Origin: an uncultured delta proteobacterium
GTDB lineage: Bacteria; Myxococcota_A; Polyangia; Polyangiales; Polyangiaceae
Reading direction: 5' to 3'
NCBI GenBank assembly: GCA_963696385.1
Contig: CAVOKF010000004.1
Span: forward strand, 128,001 to 192,000
DNA length: 64,000 nt
Position numbers and translations under genes: made by a program
Shown here: piece by piece, positions 58,775 through 64,000 of the stretch
Position numbering within the stretch: the stretch's first letter is position 1
How the letters are laid out: every line of letters begins with the position of its first letter
Notes under the pieces: generated by a model
The model's database searches: none
The model's input: the letters and a program-made list of their open reading frames with translations, nothing else
What the model was told of the DNA's origin: nothing

Positions 58775-60322
58775 CTAAGGACGCGCGATGAGGGACCGTC
58801 CCGTCATTTCCGGAGGCTGCGACAAGCCCAACAACGCGAGCATCGTCGGCGCAACATCGCAAAGTCGACCGTGCGCTTCGATTTGCGCATTCGGGTCCCG
58901 ATCGTTGACATAGATGAGGGGCACGGGGTTGAGCGTATGAGCCGTGTGGGGCTGCCCCGTCGCGGGGTCCTTCATGAGTTCGCAGTTGCCGTGATCCGCC
59001 GTGATGAGCACCGCTCCACCCCGCTCGCGCGTCGCGTTCACGATGCGTTTTACGCCCGCATCGACGACTTCTACGGCACGAATGGCGGCATCGAGCACAC
59101 CCGTATGACCGATCATGTCGGGATTCGCAAAATTCACGAGCACGAAGTCGTACTTGTCGCTCCGAATCGCCTCTTCGACGGCTTGCGAGACAGCCTCAGC
59201 GGCCATCTCCGGCTTCTTGTCGTACGTCGGCACGTCCTTCGGCGAAGCCAACATCTTGCGGTCTTCGCCCTCGAATGGCTCTTCGCGCCCACCGTTGAAG
59301 AAGTACGTGACGTGCGCGTATTTTTCGGTTTCCGCGCAGCGGAACTGTCTGAGCCCCGCGCGCGATACGATCTCGGGAAACACGCTCGGATAGCTGTCCT
59401 TCGGAAAGGCAATCGGCAGGTCGAGGGACCCGTCGTAAGTCGTCATGCACGCATAGCGTCCCTCGAAGGGACCGTGCCTCTCGACGCGGGAGAAATGCTC
59501 GAAGTCGCGGACGGCCAACGCACGCGTCAACTCGCGCGCGCGGTCGGGTCGAAAATTGAAGTGAACGGCGACGTCGGACGGCCTGACGCCATCGTACGAT
59601 TCCACGACGAAGGGCTCGACGAATTCGTCAGTCTTTCCCATCGCATAACTCTGCTCGACCCCGGTTTGGGCCGAACCGGCGCGCGGCGCGCCAGCCTCCA
59701 CGATGGCTCGGTAGCTGCGCTCGACCCGTTCCCAGCGGTTGTCGCGATCCATTCCCCAATAGCGACCGGCCACGGTTCCGATGCGACCGACCCCGGCGAG
59801 CTTGCGCTCGACCTCAGCAAGGTATTTCGGGGCCGTCCCCGGTTGAACGTCTCGCCCGTCGAGAAAGGCGTGGACGACGACGGGAACGCCTGCAACCCTG
59901 GCCACCTCAATCAGCGCGAATAGATGGACAAGCGACGAGTGCACGCCGCCATCGCTCACGAGACCGAGCAGGTGCAAACGCCCGCTCCGCTTCTTTGCCC
60001 GCTGCACCAAGTCGCCGATGACGTCGTTCTTGGCAAGGGTTCCGTCGTATACGGCGTTGTCGATGCGCGAAATGTCCATCATCGCGATGCGACCCGCGCC
60101 GAGATTGAGGTGTCCGACCTCACTGTTGCCCATCTGACCGGGCGGTAGCCCGACGTCCGGCCCCGACGTGCCGATGAGCCCGTGGGGACAGCGCTCGAGG
60201 AGCGACGAAAGAGTCGGGGTTCGGGCGAGTCGCACCGCGTTGTCCGCGCGCTCCGCGCGCTCGCCATAGCCGTCCAAGACGACGAGAACGAGCGGGCGCG
60301 GTCGGACGTTTCCGGAGCTCAT
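58775..60322 (-). CDS. gpmI: 2,3-bisphosphoglycerate-independent phosphoglycerate mutase
   Basis: LDGYG, MGNSEVGH, SDGGVHS, AETEKYAHVT, TADHGN. Confidence 0.98.
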   Translation of the reverse strand: MSSGNVRPRPLVLVVLDGYGERAERADNAVRLARTPTLSSLLERCPHGLIGTSGPDVGLPPGQMGNSEVGHLNLGAGRIAMMDISRIDNAVYDGTLAKNDVIGDLVQRAKKRSGRLHLLGLVSDGGVHSSLVHLFALIEVARVAGVPVVVHAFLDGRDVQPGTAPKYLAEVERKLAGVGRIGTVAGRYWGMDRDNRWERVERSYRAIVEAGAPRAGSAQTGVEQSYAMGKTDEFVEPFVVESYDGVRPSDVAVHFNFRPDRARELTRALAVRDFEHFSRVERHGPFEGRYACMTTYDGSLDLPIAFPKDSYPSVFPEIVSRAGLRQFRCAETEKYAHVTYFFNGGREEPFEGEDRKMLASPKDVPTYDKKPEMAAEAVSQAVEEAIRSDKYDFVLVNFANPDMIGHTGVLDAAIRAVEVVDAGVKRIVNATRERGGAVLITADHGNCELMKDPATGQPHTAHTLNPVPLIYVNDRDPNAQIEAHGRLCDVAPTMLALLGLSQPPEMTGRSLIARP

Positions 60323-60417
60323 GCAGGTCCGAAGATAGCACCAGACGCGGTCGATGGCAGCCGCCGCTACGCGGCGAGTGGCGGCGCGCGCGGCAGAGGC
60401 GTGTTAGGAGGGGGCCG

Positions 60418-61086
60418 ATGCCGTGGATCGAAGCCACGCTGCGGGGCGAGCGCGTTCTCGCACGGGCCAACGAAGACGGGACTCTCGCCGCCGATCGCGG
60501 CAGGGTCGAAATCCGGTACCGGGCGAGCGATAGTCGGGCGTACCGAGCAGCGACGCGCAACCTCGAGGTACCGGACGGCGCCCGGCTGCTCGACGATGCA
60601 TCCTGCCACAAGGCGGAGCCCACGCGGGGCTCGCCGGCGCCGGTCCCGGGACCCGCCGTCGCCGCTCGGGGCGGCTGGATCGCGTACACCGATGGCGCTT
60701 GCTCGGGCAACCCGGGACCGGCCGGCTGTGGGGTCGTGCTCGTCGGGCCCGACGGCAAGATGCACGAAGGACTCGAGTATTTGGGGCAAGCCACCAACAA
60801 CGTCGCGGAGCTCACGGGCATCCTGCGCGCGGTCGAGTGGGTCCCGGCGGATGCGCTTTCCATCGTCGTCCACACCGACAGCCAATATGCGATTGGTGTG
60901 CTGCAGAAGGGCTGGCGGGCCAAGGCCAACCAGGACCTCGTCCAGCGGACGAAGCGCGTCGTGGAATCCCGTAGGGCTCGGCTCGTGTACGTGCCGGGCC
61001 ATCAGGGCGTCACGCTCAACGAGCGCGCCGATCAGCTCGCCCGGGAGGCGGTGCAAGCTCGCACGAGCCGCGTGGCGCGGGCTTAG
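60418..61086 (+). CDS. rnhA: Ribonuclease HI with an extra N-terminal domain
   Basis: YTDGACSGNPG, TNNVAEL, TDSQY, GHQG..LNERADQLA. Confidence 0.92.
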   Translation: MPWIEATLRGERVLARANEDGTLAADRGRVEIRYRASDSRAYRAATRNLEVPDGARLLDDASCHKAEPTRGSPAPVPGPAVAARGGWIAYTDGACSGNPGPAGCGVVLVGPDGKMHEGLEYLGQATNNVAELTGILRAVEWVPADALSIVVHTDSQYAIGVLQKGWRAKANQDLVQRTKRVVESRRARLVYVPGHQGVTLNERADQLAREAVQARTSRVARA

Positions 61087-61237
61087 TGCGGCGCCCCGTT
61101 GAACGGTAACCCCGCTGCGCCGGTGCGCAGCAGGTCGACGGCAACGCCGGTGGGGAACTAAGCTGATTTGCTTTGGGCTTCGCCCCAACCCCCCCAATGG
61201 TCGGGGGGCTCGAGACGGAGCGGCGGACAGCGGCGTG

Positions 61238-62638
61238 TCAGGGCGCGGCCGCAATCTCCGCCGTCCAACGGCGCGACAGCCCGCAATTGGCGGCGCTGCT
61301 CCATATGCGGGGCCCCGTGCGCGCGGGGCCGAGCACGAAGATCAGTTCGCCGCCCGCGCGTGCGACGGCGATGGGCCCGCGGTCCGCGCGCTCGCGACAA
61401 GCGAACGCCGCCTCGCGCGAGGAAGCCGGCCCGAACTGCTTGTCGAGAGCCCGCGCGACGGCCGAATAAGGGCGCGCCGCCAGGCCCTCCTTGCCGTTGC
61501 CTTCGTCGTAGCGCAAGCGCCAGGCGAACGCGCGACGATCCCCATTGGCGACGAGCAGAGCGCGATCGCCGCCCCATCCCTTGCTCGCGTCCGCGGCCGC
61601 CGCCGGATCCATCCATTCCTCGAAGGCGATGCGCGCGCCGAGCTCTCCCTCCGAGTCGTCGTCGTCCACCGTCCAGCCGGGACCCAGGGTCACGAAGGGT
61701 GGCGCGGTCACCGGCAGCGGCCGTTCGCGCACGTCCCACTTGTCGATGTGCAGAATCTGCTCGGTCGTGGTCGGAGCGTCGTCCCAAGCCCGATCGACCG
61801 CAGCCCACCCGCCACGCCGACGCAGCGCGTTGACGAACAGCGTGCCGTAGATGTACGGGGCGGCGAGCGAGGAGCGCATGATGCGCGGCGCATCGGCCCC
61901 GGGGCCCTGACTGACGCCTTGGCGAATCTGCTGAACGAACACGTCGTCCGGGATGTCCAGGGCGCTGTGTTTGCCGGCCGGCGCGGCGCGCGCGATCATC
62001 ACGTCGAACATGGCGCTCGTCGCATCCCCTTCGGCAAGGGCGCTCAGGGCTTCCGAACAATCGCCGTCTCCGGGCCGGTACCTCGATCGGCTCTCGAGGT
62101 CCCAATGCTGGTCTTGCAACGCGTGCACCAGCTCATGGGCGAGGGTTGCCGTGGCCTCGTCGTCGCCCAAATCGCTCGCGAGGTACATCGTTCCGTCAGA
62201 CGGTTCGTAATAGCCCGCCAATTGGTCTTCGAGGAGCCGATACTCCGCTGCCTCGTAGTCGAACTGCGTCGGAACGAATCCGAACAGCTGGAGTGCGAGC
62301 CCTTCGTTGCGGATCGCCGCCGGTGGGAGCTCGCGTGAGACGTGGTCCTTGACGCGCTCGATCAGCTCGGCGCGTGTGAGCTGCACGCCCGGTACTGGCT
62401 TGAGTGCCACAAGGCCTCGAGCGAGAACGACGCGCCGCAGCATGCGCGCGACCAGGCGGGTCTCGCGCGACGACGGGGGCGCGTCGTCGCTCGCGCTGGG
62501 GGCGGGGGGCAAGGCCCCGGAGTCGGCCGAGCTCGCGGGGGGTGACGGGGCCCGCGGGATTGGCGCGGCAGAACCCAAAGGAGCGCTCCTCGTGCAAGCG
62601 TTCAAGCCAAGCGCAAGCGCAAGCGTCCACCGCTTCAT
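61238..62638 (-). CDS. Lipoprotein with a zincin HExxH metallopeptidase motif
   Basis: GLNAC lipobox; AGYYEP, LAHELVHALQDQ, LAEGDA, PTTTEQILH. Confidence 0.78.
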   Translation of the reverse strand: MKRWTLALALGLNACTRSAPLGSAAPIPRAPSPPASSADSGALPPAPSASDDAPPSSRETRLVARMLRRVVLARGLVALKPVPGVQLTRAELIERVKDHVSRELPPAAIRNEGLALQLFGFVPTQFDYEAAEYRLLEDQLAGYYEPSDGTMYLASDLGDDEATATLAHELVHALQDQHWDLESRSRYRPGDGDCSEALSALAEGDATSAMFDVMIARAAPAGKHSALDIPDDVFVQQIRQGVSQGPGADAPRIMRSSLAAPYIYGTLFVNALRRRGGWAAVDRAWDDAPTTTEQILHIDKWDVRERPLPVTAPPFVTLGPGWTVDDDDSEGELGARIAFEEWMDPAAAADASKGWGGDRALLVANGDRRAFAWRLRYDEGNGKEGLAARPYSAVARALDKQFGPASSREAAFACRERADRGPIAVARAGGELIFVLGPARTGPRIWSSAANCGLSRRWTAEIAAAP

Positions 62639-63330
62639 GTACCGTCGCCGATTCCACGCTCGGCCTGTCGCCGGAGCGCGGCGATCGTCGCCTCGTACGG
62701 CGGATGCGAAAATACGGCGCTTCCCGCGACGAGAACTCGTGCGCCAGCACCCGTTGCGTGCGCGGCCGTGTCAGGGCTGATTCCTCCGTCGATTTCGAGG
62801 TCAATGGATCGCCCTGAGCGATCGATCATCTCTCGTATCGCACGCACTTTGGGCAGCACCTCCGGCAGGAACGCTTGACCCCCGAACCCCGGGTTGACGC
62901 TCATGACGAGCACCAGATCGACCGAATCGATGACGTATCGAATGGTGTCCTCATGAGTCGCCGGATTGAGCACCACGCCCGGACGCTTTCCCAGGTGTCG
63001 CACGATTTGCAGGGTCCGGTGCAAATGGGTGCACGCCTCCACGTGCACGCTGAGCCCGTCGGCACCGGCGCGCGCAAAATCTTCGAGGTATCTGTCCGGC
63101 TCGACAATCATGAGGTGGACGTCAATCGGCAGCGACGTAGCCGACCGCACCGCCTTGACGACCAGCGGTCCGATCGTGATGTTCGGCACGAAGCGGCCAT
63201 CCATGACGTCGACATGGATCCAATCGGCGCCTGCCGCTTCGGCGGCGCGCACCTCCTCGCCGAGGCGGGCAAAATCGGCCGACAGGATGGACGGCGCGAT
63301 CCGCACGCCATCGTGGTTGGAAGGGATCAC
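62635..63330 (-). CDS. rpe: Ribulose-phosphate 3-epimerase
   Basis: IAPSILSADF, HVDVMDG, DVHLM, MSVNPGFGGQ, DGGI. Confidence 0.98.
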   Translation of the reverse strand: MIPSNHDGVRIAPSILSADFARLGEEVRAAEAAGADWIHVDVMDGRFVPNITIGPLVVKAVRSATSLPIDVHLMIVEPDRYLEDFARAGADGLSVHVEACTHLHRTLQIVRHLGKRPGVVLNPATHEDTIRYVIDSVDLVLVMSVNPGFGGQAFLPEVLPKVRAIREMIDRSGRSIDLEIDGGISPDTAAHATGAGARVLVAGSAVFSHPPYEATIAALRRQAERGIGDGT

Positions 63331-63451
63331 GCGTGAACCAGGTGGCCGAAGGTTCGGCAGCCGTCAAGTTCCGTGTCGCCACGCGAAGTAGCGTGCTCAA
63401 GGGACGCTTGGGTTGCACCCCATCGCAAAAGGGACGACGCTAGCGGGCGTC

Positions 63452-63922
63452 ATGAACGTGCGCCGCACGACGAAAGGTGACTTCGACCGAATCGTGGAGG
63501 TCATCGATCGTTGGTGGGGCGGCCCGATCAGCACGTTCGCGCACCCGATTTTTTTTTACGAGCTCGGCAAGCACGCACTCGTCGTCGAACAGGGTGCCCA
63601 GATGATCGGGTTTCTGCTGGGATTTCTCGTCGCAGGGTCGGAGACCACGACAATCGCCGAGTCGCCAGCGGTGCCGACCGGGTATGTTCACCTGGTGGGC
63701 ATTCATCCGGACTATCGACTTCGCGGCGTTGGACGACTTCTCTACGATCGGTTTACCGACGAATGCCGTGAGTCTCACTGCCTTCGCATGAAGGCGATCA
63801 CGACGCCGGGCAACGAGGGATCGATCCGATTTCATCTCGCTCTCGGGTGGGGCGTACAAGAGATCGACGACTACGCCGGTCCAGGCCGTCGGCGGATCGT
63901 TTTCACCAAGCAGCTCGTTTAG
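63452..63922 (+). CDS. GNAT family N-acetyltransferase
   Basis: YVHLVGIHPDYRLRGVGRLLY; N..SIRFH..LG. Confidence 0.9.
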   Translation: MNVRRTTKGDFDRIVEVIDRWWGGPISTFAHPIFFYELGKHALVVEQGAQMIGFLLGFLVAGSETTTIAESPAVPTGYVHLVGIHPDYRLRGVGRLLYDRFTDECRESHCLRMKAITTPGNEGSIRFHLALGWGVQEIDDYAGPGRRRIVFTKQLV

Positions 63923-64000
63923 AGGACTTGGGGTGTTCGCGTCGCTTCCATGGGTAGGGTGTCGAAATGGTGCCGAAGTCATCAAAGTCCTCGCGCGAGA

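Noticed and set aside
1..64000. CRISPR array, rRNA, prophage structural genes, intact integrase
   Set aside because: None recognised by eye

Overview
GC-rich bacterial DNA whose gene content suggests a myxobacterium, probably Polyangiaceae-like (ECF sigma/FecR pairs, FHA, PEGA kinase, PP2C, PilZ). The taxonomy is inferred, not searched. Two core-genome segments flank an accessory island. The left segment (1-24.6 kb) carries an ABC substrate-binding lipoprotein, a CAP protein, purC-purS, an M50 protease, an orphan SctL/FliH, a thiolase, an ECF sigma/FecR pair, PilZ, a TPR/SPase I-like/FHA/YyaL run, pcnB, dnaK and an HTTM pair. The right segment (44.8-64 kb) carries an ECF sigma/anti-sigma pair, a PP2C phosphatase, an HtrA-like pseudoprotease, argC, an argJ-argB fusion, an inverted argG, argH, argF, gluQ, a LysM protein with a Ser/Thr kinase, gpmI, rnhA, a zincin lipoprotein, rpe and a GNAT. 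Between them is a ~20 kb island bounded by the inward-facing 3' ends of tRNA-Arg(CCG) and tRNA-Gln(TTG). It holds many gene fragments, several decayed toxin-antitoxin loci plus one intact Phd-VapC pair, an IS21-like relic with passenger genes and a complete IS630. It also contains an intact, compositionally distinct block in which a Tat-exported phospholipase C sits between two inverted TPR-sulfotransferase paralogues. The best candidates for undescribed systems are that block, the coupled triple-LysM protein/PEGA kinase pair, the split gamma-carboxylase-like pair and two pseudo-proteases. All family calls come from motif recognition by eye; no database search was run.
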